A DNA stretch of 64,000 bases, from NCBI GenBank assembly GCA_951406725.2, contig OX597814.1:48794001-48858000 (forward strand), written 5' to 3'. The notes beneath the pieces are model-generated. The model was not told the DNA's origin and did not search any database. It saw nothing but the letters and a program-made list of their open reading frames with translations. Positions 13,167 to 26,677 of the stretch are shown here, piece by piece; within the stretch, counting starts at the first letter, position 1, and every line of letters starts with the position of its first letter. This stretch comes from Octopus vulgaris (lineage: Eukaryota). Both the position numbers and the translations under genes were made by a program.

Positions 13167-13712
13167 ATGGTGGCTTCCCTCTCGTTATCGAGTATGGCCA
13201 TTGCACGAAGCTTAATCAATGTTGTTATCGTGCAATGCCTGTGCAAGAAGATTTTTAAAGTGAGGAAAGGCTGTGCACTGAGTCATTCCCACTCACTAAG
13301 CAACAGCAGCCATAATCCAAAAAGAAGAACAAGTCAACATCATCGGTAACCACTGAGCTGCAGGTTTTATGTCGGAGTTATCCCAGTTATCTGAGTTACC
13401 TTCTCCTAGAAGGATGCCCTAACAAAGGCTAGGAGTCCTTCACTCCCAATGGTTTAACCACGCGATCGGGTATTCAGTCCGATTATTTCTATGTCCCCGC
13501 GCATGATACATCCTTAAGACATTTATTGGATGGCCGTTGACTCTCAAGAGTTCCTCCGCTCTTTGACGGGTTTTGTTTTTCATCCCGCAGGGTGTCCAAT
13601 AAACACCCTCCTCACCAAGCAAGCTTGGTGGGGTTGCCGGTTTAGTCGCCGACGACCCGACCATGCAACAGGTTGTACTGGGTTACATGTTACCAGTAGC
13701 ACTCGAAAGTGT
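13167..13712 (-). mobile_element. Non-autonomous RTE-derived element inserted in a (CATA)n microsatellite
   Basis: About 545-bp GC-richer insert with (CATA)n on both sides; contains the RTE 5'-region-like motif CTAGGAGAAGGTAACTC (-) and a terminal CTCG..ATCGAG hairpin resembling RTE 3' tails (recognised from memory). Confidence 0.5.
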
Positions 13713-13816
13713 CATACATCATACATACATACATACATACATACATACATACATACATACATACATACATACATACATACATGCCAGCACACAAACGCGT
13801 GTCAAATATCTATATA

Positions 13817-14613
13817 CGAGGTCTAATCAATAAGTATCCGGATTGTTGCCATAGTAATGAAGCTAAAGAATGCAGCGTACAGCTGCTTGGCAAAGATTGA
13901 CATTGAACTTTGCTGTGCATGCGCACTAAGTATTAACGTTCTAGCTCACTTCCGCTGTTTACAGCAGTGCTTGGAAAGAGGGTGTATAGCATGTGACCGT
14001 CGCATTGATCATGGAAGTTGCAGAAAGTGCATGGAGAGGAGTGTATCAACCGCGCACAAGCGTACGAGTGGTTCAGACGTTTCAAAAATGGCCAAAAAAT
14101 GTCGATAGTGACGAACGTTCTGGGAGACCCGCAACCAGCAGAACTGAGAAAAACATCGCAGGTATGCATACAGCTGAGGGAAATCGTTGAATCACCATCT
14201 GTGAGTTATCAGAGGATGTGCAGATTAGTTACGGATGCGTGTCAACCAAGTCTGTGTCAAAAACTGCTTTCAGCTGACCAAAATGACACTCGGGTTTCAG
14301 TTGCACAAGATCTCCTTCATTGTGTGGAGAACGATGAAAACTTTTTGAAAACCTTGCGTCGGCCACTGAGCAGGTATCGCCAAGCTTTTGGCAAAATTTG
14401 ATGCAGATTCTCTGCTCAGCTTTCTTTGTCATGGCCAACGCTACACATGTTCTTTCCAAGTACTGCTATAAACAGCGGGAGTGAGATAGAACGTTAAAAC
14501 TTAGTACGCATGCGCAGCAGAGTTCAAGATCAATCTGTGCCCAGCGCCTTTACGCTGCGTGCTTTAGCTTCGTTACTATGACAACAGTCCGGATGCTTAT
14601 TGATCGGGCTATG
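13817..14613. mobile_element. Mariner-derived internally deleted fold-back element
   Basis: TA|CGAGGTCTAATCAATAAGTATCCGG ... CCGGATGCTTATTGATCGGGCTATG|TA with long TIRs; transposase pieces MQKVHGEECINRAQAYEWFRRFKNG (+) and EQRICIKFCQKLG (-). Confidence 0.85.
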
Positions 14614-14722
14614 TATGTTAATGCTCCCTAAGCACCAATATATCACTGTTCATCGATAGAAACGACTTTTTCCTGTGTCTGTATATTCATATTAATGTGA
14701 ATGTACACTCACACTCACACAC

Positions 14723-14785
<63 letters not shown>

Positions 14786-16029
14786 GCAGCAGTAACAACT
14801 ACAGTAGCACCAGCAACGTGTCCGGCAGTAGCAGCAGTAACGGCAGTGATCGCGGCAACAACAGCAGCACCAACAAGGTAAGGACGAGTATACATAAATA
14901 TGTTGGAGCAACGGAGGGCCCCTTTAAGCTGTGACTAAATAAACACAAGTCTTCTTTTAGGATTTCATAGAGGTACAACTACATATGGCGTTTAAAAGGA
15001 GAGGAAACGCCTAAGCCATGTCTCAACTGGAGCAGACAATACAAACTTTGGCCGGGAGGTCAAAGATTTTAAAAAATCACTCTAATCGACGGCCTTCTTA
15101 AATTCTAAATGTAAGGTGTTCAGTCGGTGCTCTCATGAAAGAAAATTAGTGTTGAAGTCACTGAACTTCCCTGTTTACTGACTAGTGAAAGGAAATCGGA
15201 GATAAACTGATCCCTTTCGGATACAACTGGAATCGTTTTATGAAAGATAACTCCGTCTCGCCCAATAGGGATTTTCACTTCGATTAGTAAAAAGGCCACG
15301 TGCATCCGGCCAACAGGTTTGCTAAGTCACCTATATTGCTAAAAGCACTAATAGACATGAAGCCAACTTTCTGACCGGCCATAACAAACAACTAAATATA
15401 ATGTTACTTCTCCAAGAGTGTACTTTTTTCGGAATTATGAACAACTGACCTATTGTGTGTGTGCGTACATATATATATAGAGAGAGAGAGGAAGAGTAAG
15501 AGAGAGAGAGAGGGGAGTAAGAGAGAGAAGGGAGACAGACAGACAGATTTCTCAAGGTTATTTTTATCGTTTTTATAATTATTATTATTAAAGCTGTTGA
15601 ATTTCCTATATCTATTCCCAAAATTTTTTTTTTAATTCCTAACCAATGGTTTGCATTGTTTGTTACCAATTGGTATAGAACATTTCCCGAGACTTTCCAT
15701 ACTCGGTTCAAGTGGTAGTCCAGCCAATTTATTCTTAATTGGGTATGTATGAGATTTTACTATTAAACCCACTTCAATGGTGCAAACTGATCAAAATTAT
15801 CCTCCTTCGTCGATAGTTTAGAAATTTCAATCGAAATAGCAGTAACAATTTTATCGATAATTTTATCGATAATAGATTTCGATAAGGATTTATTCGGCTT
15901 ACACAATGGGTATTATAGTCCCGTATCCAGATTTAAAGTAACATCCAGAAAGCTCACAACACTAGAATAAATTTTTTCTACATTTTTGAATATATACGAA
16001 AATAAAATTAAGCCTGTTAGAATGGCTGT

Positions 16030-16181
16030 GTATGTATATGGATGAGTGAATGTCTATTTCGCCGATATGCATCGGCGAAATATATAAACATCAGTTAGTG
16101 AAACAGAAATACTGGTACTTTACGAATGTTATCCCTTGAGCTGTATGTTCTGTATCGAGCTACATACCCCTTTAGATATTC
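16030..16181. repeat. Dispersed repeat with internal 28-bp palindrome; inverted partner at 17516-17670
   Basis: TATTTCGCCGAT-N4-ATCGGCGAAATA at 16055-16082 and 17617-17644; about 150 bp of flanking reverse-complement similarity. Confidence 0.8.
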
Positions 16182-16993
16182 CACAACCGATTTGGTGTTT
16201 TAATGTGTAATGGATTACGGCAATGGCTCTTGAAACGGCCGTAGATGTGGATTTATTCTTGCATTATTCTGGATTCCTTTTCCTTTTGGACATGACGATG
16301 GATGTTTTTTCTCGGATTCACTTTACATTTAATAGTCTGACTATATTGTTTTTAATCGCCTCGCTATACACATCGTCATACGCCGCTTTTTTAAGGTTTT
16401 CACACGTTTCTTTATATGTGTATATATATGTTTATTTTTATACCTTCGTGATTTGTGTGCTAAACACTCCGGTATTTTAATATGTATTTATATTCTATGG
16501 CGTGAATATATAGGTATGATTTGAAGTTGTATGACCAAATGACCAAATGACCAATTACGTTGTTTATCTTTTAACCACTAAGTTTATATATATGTATATA
16601 TATATATATATGCAAACATACGTACATTCTGTTCCCTAATAATAAATTTATATTCATACCAAAATAACTGGTGCACTTGATTTTGTGAGTAAATGTCTAA
16701 GTGACAGTCTACCAAAGCTAATGATATTTGAAAAGAAAACAACTAGCTAACATGCACGTTACAAATACAATCTGTAAGCTGAACACTAAAACTAAAGACA
16801 TTTCTCAAGTTAAAAGGATGATATTGTTTCTGCTATCTACCTTCCAACGAAGGAGTTTTGTATCTTTGTTGCTAACCAGCTTCTTCCTTAGAGAAAGACT
16901 TCAAATAATTAATAACAGAAGTGTACGTACATATATACATAAATACATGTATGCATGCATGCATGCATGCATACATACATATACATATACATA

Positions 16994-17046
<53 letters not shown>

Positions 17047-19873
17047 TATATGATAGGGTAGTATGTGTGCGTGTTTCTTCCTGTCAGTGTGTCCTTGAGA
17101 AAGATTTTTCTACCAACATGGGTTATTTATATAGTAAAACCCGATATTATCTATCCACTATCTTACCCTCACTTTGTCTCTTTCCCTACCCCTTCTCTCT
17201 CTCTCAGATTTTGAAACGAGGTTTACTTATTCAGGAATATGGACCTAAAGTAACACTTATTTATCCTGTTTGATACTGATTTTAACCTTAACCTTTATTT
17301 GATTTTGTGTTTTAACCTTAACTCTGGTGCTTCTCTATGATACAGAACTTGATTACAACATTTCTGCCAAGCATAAACATTGATATACTGCCAAGCCCTT
17401 CATTTCAAAATTGCTAATAGAAAACTTATTTTGCCTATTTCTATTTATTTTAAACCAAAATAGTCCGTAATAGTATCGCTCTTTTGAAACTTTCCAAGAG
17501 GCCTATCACCGATGATGAAATATCTAAGGGAGTATGTAGCTCGATGCAGAACAAACAGCTCAAGGGACAACATTCATAAAGTACCAGTGTTTCTGTTTCA
17601 CTAACTGATGTTTGTGTATTTCGCCGATGCGTATCGGCGAAATAGACATTCATTCACCCATACACACACACAGCATTGCCGAATGGTTAAAAAATTTGCC
17701 TCCGCCACCACAAGCTATCGGTTTCGATCCCACTACGAAGCATCCTGGGCAAATGTCATTTCCCATACCCACGGGTCAACCTATACCTTGTGATTCGAAT
17801 TGGATGGACGGAAACTGTATTGAAGCCTGTCGAATAGATTGGACCAATAATTCAAAAGTGCTGCTTCGTCACATAATGTGTCACATGCTGTGTTACCCTG
17901 TGTTATACTGATTTTACCTGTGAACTAAGATAGGAGCGCATATGCCCGTGGAAAACTTGCCAATTGAAAGAGCAAGCAAATCAGTTGATCGAACATCTGA
18001 ATCCTTATTATCAATCGACGGAGGCCCATCCAAATGTGTGTGTGTGATGTGTTTCTGTACAATTTTCGCCTACCAAATTTCCAAAATATTGGCCAACCCA
18101 GGCTATGATAGAAGACACTTGCTCAAGCTGCCACGCAGTGCTATCGAACCTATAACCACGTTGTTGTGAAGTGAATTTTTTAATCACGCAGCCAAAAGAA
18201 TTTCTTAATTGCACAGTCAACAGAATTTCTAAAAGATTGTCTTCTACATTAACTGTTAACATCTATCTATACCTATTCGTGTTCCATTATTTGTGAATTG
18301 TGTACAAATATAGATAATGGAATATACTTTATTTGAGGTTATTAAGTTATTGTTGTTACTCTGATATGGCACGTAGTTAGTTCACTAGTTCATATAGAGA
18401 TTAGTTGTTTCAGATATACCACGTTATGTCTTTTCTGAGGACTATGCTTCACAACTCAGTATGCAGTGAGGAATCGTATAGGGTGAGGTATGATAGTCCG
18501 GTCAAGTATTATCTCCACCATCTAGCCTAAGAAGAAACTTCTATGCGGCCATACGACCTGTTATAATTGGCAGCTTAATCTCGTTTTACATTACCGTTTA
18601 TAAAAAAAAATGGATGAATATTCGGCGTCAGGTAGTTCTGTATACAATGCACAAGAAAGGAAGATGAAATGGTCGTGGTATGAATGCTGGTCGCCCGGTG
18701 TAAGTTTGAATCGGAGTCCGTTTGAGGTATTTAGCCTAAACGGACAAAATATTAAGTACTACTAAATGTTTGAATCTCTGGTACATAAATACGACTGAAT
18801 GCAAAAATTAAAATATTTACCGAAGTATTTTCTAACTACAACACAACTACAAATCTAAAACGAAAAAAGGTTTGTTTCACGTTTTTTTTTCTTTTTTCCC
18901 CTAGTAAAAATACATTCCTCAAATCTTAAGCTTCAAATCTCAGGACGACTTAATATATACAATCTTATCAATAGACGTATATTCCGTATATCTCTGTAAA
19001 TGCATGAATGTAAACAATAAAACTGTTTCAAATCTAAACATATTCACGTGTGTCTGGCCTAGTTTATGGTAACAACTATAAACACATGCCGACATACAAA
19101 CAAACAAGTTCATATCTGTGTATACATGAAGACTCTCAGCGTAATCACTATCCCATATACAGTATGTGTATAAATTTCATGTGTATTCAAAGAAATGAAA
19201 TTCTTCACTTATACACTGGTTTGAGAAATTAGCTGTTCACTCTGCTGTAAACAAACTTAGTCTCTTCCAAATTCTTCACTTGTTCACCGTATAACTTAAA
19301 CTCTCAGGAATTATAATAGCAAGTGAATGTTTTGGTTTGACAATTTGTACTGCTTCTGGTGCGGTTGTTTTTGTTATTGTTGTTCGTGTAATTATTGTTT
19401 TAAATTGGGGTATAGCTGCCAGTGGTTTATATTTTACTACGACATAAGTATATGAGTGAACGCATGCATCCAAGGATATCATAAGCGCCAAAGTAAATAT
19501 TTAGAAATTAGAATATCAACACATACAGACGTACCTGTAAATTTATATTCTTAAAATTGTTGGCATAATCTGCCAAGCATTGTCATGGTACATTTCCAAC
19601 TAAACATAAGTAGCGTCACCAACATAATTCGAGAAATCTCTGCACTTTGTTACACATTCAGCTTCTGAGAAATTCTAAACCTAATAATTTTCAACGGTTT
19701 CATGATGGCTGTCAAAATGTTGTTTGAAATAAAATGGGAAAAACTCATTTAGTATTCTTTCGGTTAAGATCGCAACGCGAAAAAAAGGGTTTCCATAAAT
19801 CATCGCGCATAAGCAATCGGACATTCTCGCATCTGTTATACATCGAAAAGAAAATGGCTGAACGCACATATAC

Positions 19874-19943
<70 letters not shown>

Positions 19944-20659
19944 GTGTGTGTGTGCGTGTGCGTGCGTGTTTGTGTGTGTGTGTGTGTGTCTGTGTGTGTG
20001 TGTGTGTTTGGGGAGGTACGATTGGTGTATGAGCTAGTTTGCCTTGTGGTTTACACTTCAGCTCTCTGCTCTCCGAGTTCAAATCACGTTCAGGTCAACT
20101 TTGTCTTTCATCTTTTAGGTATAGATAAATGAAGTACCACAATTGCATTAGTATCTTTGTATTTATATATCTGGAATTTTTATTTGTTTTATAATTGTAG
20201 AGAATATATGTATGTATTTGATTTTCGAATGTGGTTGTTAATTATGTTACTCTATTTTCCGCTTGTATTGCCTCCATTGAAATTATTAAGTGGAATATAG
20301 CTCTCTTGGAGCACTGCATCTCCAGTCTGTATTTTATTTGCGAGTATTGTTAACACTAGCAAACTCAAAATAAAGCAGTGTATTTTATATATATATATAC
20401 ATACAATTGCAGCGTGGAAGGTGTTTATAAGCCATTTAAGAAACACGCAAAACCGTTAGATTCGCTTCAACATTTAAATTTAATTTGGCAAAATATTTTC
20501 GTCGCTTTGAGATCACAACCTGTTCACTGACAAAACTTCGTGCTGCATCATATATATATATATATTATCTGTTATTTATTATTTAATTGAACGCGATGCA
20601 TCCATTTCTAAGTTAGTTGTTTATATGTGTGTGTGTGTGTGTGTGCGTGTGTATTTATA

Positions 20660-21352
20660 CGAGGGGAAGTTAAAAATTATCCGCACTTTCACCATAACAT
20701 ACCTTTATTATTGTCACACTGCCTTCTGTGCATGCATGCTTATAGTTGGTACTATTGTGCTCTCGTGATCGAAGTTCGAGCCTGATTGCGCTATTTTCCT
20801 TTCTGGCTTTACAGTGTAAGCATGGCCGCTACACTATGGATGTGCACCAAAGAAGAACAAAGAGCAGTGATCCGAGAGATGGTAATGGTGAACCGGTTCA
20901 CCATTACCATCTCTCGAGCTGGCTGAATCTTCTCGTCAGTGGTGGAGGTTGATGGGCATCCTGCTCCCTCTTCATGCATCACGCTTGTCCGGCCACTTTT
21001 AAACTTCTCGATCCACTTATACTCACTTCTACGCGGCAGTGCACTGTCCCCGTATTGAGCAAAAAAGCTTCTGATGAATTCTAGTACCTTCCAACAAGAC
21101 AAATAGGATCCTTCCAAACCTTCCAACAAGACAAATAGGATCATTGCTCTTTGTTCTTCTTTGGTGCACGTTGCTAGTGGAGCGGCCATGCTTACACTGT
21201 AAAGCCAGAAAAAAAATATGGCGCGATCAGTCTAAAAGTTCAAGCACATGATCAAAATAGTATCAACTTACAAGAATGCATGCGCAGAAGGCTGTGTCAC
21301 AATAATAAAGATATGTTATGGCGAAAGTGCGGTTATTTTTTACTTCCCCTCG
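20660..21352 (-). mobile_element. Mariner-derived MITE-like element with ~215-bp TIRs
   Basis: TA|CGAGGGGAAGTTAAAAATTATCCGCACTTTC ... GAAAGTGCGGTTATTTTTTACTTCCCCTCG; ORF 20809-21189 (EEQRAMILF...YGDSALPRRSEYKWIEKFKSGRTSV) is a mariner HTH. Confidence 0.9.
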
Positions 21353-22803
21353 CATATATATATATATATATATATATATAGGGAGAGTTTACGAAAAAAA
21401 ACAAAAGACGAAGACAGGTGGTGTACAAAACAAACAGATGTATTAGTATAATATATGACGGGATTCTTTCAGTTTCCGTCTACGAAATCATCCCACAACA
21501 ATTTGGTTGACCGAAAACTACAGTAGAAGACACCTGCCCAGGGTGCCACGCAGTAGAACTGAACCAGGAACCACGTGGTTGCATGTTTTAATGTTCCCGA
21601 ATAGGAGATATCCGTGTATTTCAATAATTTTTATGAGGTGTTGTGGAAATTTAAATTCACTTTATGGTCATAAACCGAAAGACTGCCTATTCAACCGATG
21701 GTAATTCCTCTTCGATAGAATAATGGAAAGGGTGTGGTGTGTTATATATAAAGATTTTAAACATGTCTAAAAACATCTCACTTTAAACATCTCCAGAGGG
21801 ATTTTTTGTCTACAAACTACTTGTATAATCTTAGCTGGAAGAAATTTTTCAACACACACACAGATGGAAGGTTCTACTGCTTTTCTGTGTGAGTGTGTGT
21901 GCGTGTGTGTGTAACTATGCATATGTGAGTATGTACGTGCAATTGTGCTGCGTGTGTGATAACGAACACTACACTCCTCAATAATTTCAAAAACCGGTGC
22001 TGTAAATCTGTCCCCCTATGCCAATGATTACTAAAATCCCCGATACAGCATATTCTTTTTTAAGCCGTTTGTTTTATTAATTTTGTTTTAGTCTTTTATT
22101 TGGTCTCTCAACTCATTCACTGTAAACTATTTACAAAATGAACTGATTTGTTTAGAAAGTGGCGTTTGGGTGACGAACTGTGATTTAGATATGACACACG
22201 ATTAGATGTCGTGCGTATTGAGTAAATAATCTTATGGCTTCTACGTTGGCTAAAAACGAACCAACCAGCTAAAATTAGCATTTCATTTACTCTTGTGACA
22301 CAGCTTTTCTAAACAAAAGAGTTCGTTATCGCAATCGAAACTATCGTCTAGTGTGGCAAATAAATATCCCTGACATAACTGTTATGTAGACGTATGCATG
22401 CGTGTATGTATATGTGTGAAAGAAAGGTAGATGGATCTAGAAAGAGAGAAGGCTGGAAGAAAAAGAGAGAGAGAGAGTGGGGCTACGAAATATTTTTCAA
22501 TAAACCGACGTGTAACAGATTACTGTATGCGTCTAATAATCCTTTTAAAAATAACCATTCAAAATTTCATTTCAATTGTATGATAAAATGGACAATTGCA
22601 AATACTCCTTTCTTTTCAGTATCAAAATCCATACATCAACGTACTCGGGCTACAGCTAGGATGTATTTCAAAAGGAGTATATCGGTTTCATTGATTTCAT
22701 TACACTCACTGCAGGGCGGTGCATCATCATGGCCACAACTCTGAGCTGAAACGTAATAAACATTAATAAAAAAAAATTACTTTTAAAAATATCTCCGCAT
22801 AAT

Positions 22804-22982
22804 AGGCACAGGAGTGGCTGTGTGGTAAGTAGCTTGTTTACCAACCACATGGTTCCGCTTTCAGTCCCACTGCGTAGCACCTTGGGCACTTCTACTATAG
22901 CCTCAGGCCTACCAAAGCCTTGTGACTGGATTTGGTAGACGGAAACTGAAAGAAGCCCGTCGTGTATATGTATATATATATA

Positions 22983-23018
<36 letters not shown>

Positions 23019-23275
23019 TGTGTGTGTGTGTGTGTGTATGTGTGTGTGTGTGTGTATGCTTGTGTGTCTGTGTTTGTCCCTCCAACATCGCTTGACAACC
23101 GATGCTGGTGTGTTTACGTCCCCGTAACTTAGCGGTTCGGCAAAAGAGACCGATAGAATAAGTATGAGGCTTACTAAGAATAAATCCTGGGATCGATTTG
23201 CTCGACTAAAGGCGGTGCTCCAGCATGGCCACAGTCAAATGATTGAAACAAGTTAAAGAGTAAAGAGTAAAGAGA
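22804..23275 (+). mobile_element. Full-length tRNA/CORE-type SINE (family A, octopus OR2-like) with internal microsatellite
   Basis: Head TGGCTGTGTGG...TTCAGTCC, CORE-like GCACCTTGGGCA(AGTG), central (TA)/(GA)/(TG) tract, 3' tail GAAACAAGT(AAAGAGT)n; more than 12 copies or fragments in the window. Confidence 0.85.
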
Positions 23276-23623
23276 GATAATCTTTGTCTTTGTATAAGTT
23301 AGTCCAAGAGAGGCGAACAACACCCATTATTTCAGTAAGACCTCCTAGATAATAAGTCAATGCGGTTGATTTTAATTTCAACTTCTTCGGCTTCATATCA
23401 ACAGAGAAAACATGTTTGCATTGTAGGGTTTAAGACGCAGTACAAATGGCTAGGTGATATATGAAAGGGGTGTATTAGGTGATGAGAGGCGTAGCTATAT
23501 TCGTAGCAGTTATAGTAGAGCTAAAATAAAATACACCTCGTCAGTGGACTAGTAATTTTAGCATATTAAGCAATTAGAGGTTGTCCACTTAGCAAAACGG
23601 CTCTTTTTTAATGCATTTTGGAA

Positions 23624-23815
23624 TTCTTTTACTTGTTTCAGTCATTTAACTGAGGTCATGCTGGAGCACCGCCTTTAGTCGAGCAAATCGACCCCAGGAC
23701 TTATTCTTTGTTAGCTTAGTACTTATTCTATCAGTCTCTTTTTGCCGAACCACTAAGTTACGGAGACGTAAACACACCATCATCGGTTGTCAAGCGATGT
23801 TGGGGGGGGGGACAA

Positions 23816-23872
<57 letters not shown>

Positions 23873-24032
23873 CGACAGGCTTCTTTCAGTTTCCGTCCAC
23901 CAAATCCACTCACAAGGCTTTGGTCGGCCCGAGGCTATAGTAGAAGACACTTACCCAAAGTGTCACGCAGTGGGACTGAACCCGAAACCATGTGGTTGGT
24001 AAGCAAGCTACTTATCACACAGCTAATCCTGT
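23624..24032 (-). mobile_element. Family A SINE, inverted relative to 22804-23275
   Basis: Reverse-complement match over its length. Confidence 0.9.
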
Positions 24033-24487
24033 GTAATAACTAGTGTCCATGACACGCGACCAGTACTCTAATTTGAGGTATTTACTGTGAGAAGTGTTAT
24101 TTTTTGACTATGTGGCCACACAGAGAACTTGTTAGAACTCAGTCCTACTGTGCTGCACATTTAGTGACTTCTCGATTCAACACAATCCTTATGTGTGAAA
24201 TTTGGTATACAGGAACAGTTCAGAACGGTAGAACGGCACTTGCTTTAGGGTGGCAGAATTCATCCATCTCCTAGTTTAACACCATCACATGACCCTTTAA
24301 TACTGTCTTCAGAGCTCTCTTTGTTCCAAATATTTGAACATGTTCCTTCTCTTGTGATAGTTCCATGCATTGATAAGCTACTCCAATATAAATAGCTTCT
24401 TCCTTCTTTTCTCTTCACCACTCTTGGAATTCCTGCAAAAGTATGAGTGATGCCCATCCTCTTCTGATTAATCTATTGAAAAAAATC

Positions 24488-24681
24488 ATTTCCGAGTATC
24501 ATCGTGTAACAGTCATTGAAACAGGTGTAGAGATGGTTAGAGTTTCAAAGTATTGCGGTTTCATCTCCCTCTTCATCATTCAAATTTCCGAGTATCATCG
24601 TGTAACAGTCATTGAAACAGGTGTAGAGATGGTTAGAGTTTCAAAGTATTGCGGTTTCATCTCCCTCTTCATCATTCAAAT
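24488..24681. repeat. Perfect 96-bp tandem duplication
   Basis: 24488-24583 equals 24584-24679. Confidence 0.95.
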
Positions 24682-26470
24682 GCATTTTATTTTCGCAGTA
24701 AATAATGAATTTTATTGTTTACATGAAAGACAAGTTTCTTGCCATTTCCCATCATTTTGTTTTTCAAACTGACCAGCCAGATAATAATACTTCATATGTA
24801 ATCGACATTAATTATTAGTTTTTAACTAATATCCCGTCTTACATTTTATTACATTCATTTGCCATTTCCATGGAAACATATTTCCTCCAGAGATAATATT
24901 TAATGATATAATTAAAATACATAGCATAGACAATATGATGTTTTTTTCTGTACCTCAATCCAATTTTATTACCTCTAAAATGTTCTAAATCCGGTGTCGT
25001 ATGTTTGTCTCTGATACTTTGAGTAACCTCGCAAATATTAATAAAGAAAAGAAACTCACCAGACATCATAAAATATCAAATTATCTCGTTTCTGTCTAAC
25101 AACTGAAAAAAAGTAATTAAAAGTATATATAATTATCAGATAATTCTTAGTTTATTGAAAATGTGAAACCTTCTCAGTGACGAAGCATATGGAGTGGATT
25201 TACTGGGCTGGAATATATCAAGAAATGCTAACTTAGTCTAATATTATTTAGATAAATTTTAACATTTTTCGCATAGAGACAAAGCACTGTTGAAATAGGC
25301 CAAAAAATTACACACCTAAATTCAGAAATGTTATTATAAAACGTCATTTAAAAATGAAATAAGTTGCTACTTTCAAATTGTATTAGTACGTAGATGTCAG
25401 TACACATCAACGGTCTCTGGTAGTATGAAATTCATGTAGACATTTCAGTACGTACATTAATTAAACTTAAGGCTATGTCTCCTGAATTCTAAATAGGGAT
25501 TCGGTCTCATTTGTGTTAATTAATGGAGAGCAAGTACGTACCAAAGTTTGACTATGAAAGGAAATGCTAGAAAAATAAAACTATCATTTATACATTTTTA
25601 TATTGTTTATTACTGTTGGAAGTTGATATAGTTTATGGTGTTACAGAGGAAATCCTGTTTCAAAGAGACATCTTCATCTTCGTGGTGGTGAAAGACTTTC
25701 ATTAGTTACACAGCGACATCATTAAAAATACGTAGATGACTACGGCTGCAAATTTGAAGCGTGGGAGGTTTGATAACGTCTCCTCGCGAATAAATTTTCA
25801 TTGATTAAAAGAAATGCTATACATATACCATGTGACTCATCCTATCTGAGAGCCAGTAAGTAAACATCAACGATATTTAAATTTAAACTGTTAGTTTCTT
25901 ACATAGATGCAATATCAACATTTTAGTAGCCGTTGTGGAATTGCTAAATACGTATTTCTGTTTAATGCGCGTCATCAATATTAAACATCCACCAGCGACT
26001 TCATACTAAGATAATTTCACCACCGCAGCTGGGCACTTTTCGTTTGCTACTGATATACCTCTGTGTTATTTTAACACTATACATCTACATGAGATGCTTT
26101 CTGGAGACAGCACTTCTAAATTAAGTTATGATATACAGAATGCTATTTTGAACTAATGTTGCTTCCGTCGTTGATAACTAATATGAATCTTTATTGATAA
26201 TTAATATGAGTCTTTATTGCAAATCCAGGGCTTCTAGAAATATCATAAGTTTTAAACAAACAATTGTCATTTCAATTTGTTTAGTTTCACTTTGTGTTTG
26301 AAACTATACAGTTGTTTTTGACTCTTCTATGACAGCAGCTCAAATAATTGCAAAAGTATTTTTAAAAGCGATGAGATTTTTCAAATCCCTTTCTCTCTTC
26401 TCTCCCTACACATACAGACACATGCACTCACACACATACAGAGAGAGTAGGGAAGAAAGAAACAAAGAAG

Positions 26471-26677
<207 letters not shown>

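Noticed and set aside
23469-23546. Minus-strand CUGACGA followed by an 8-bp stem GGUGUAUU/AAUACACC
   Set aside because: No GAAA or cleavage triplet after the stem, so not a complete hammerhead.
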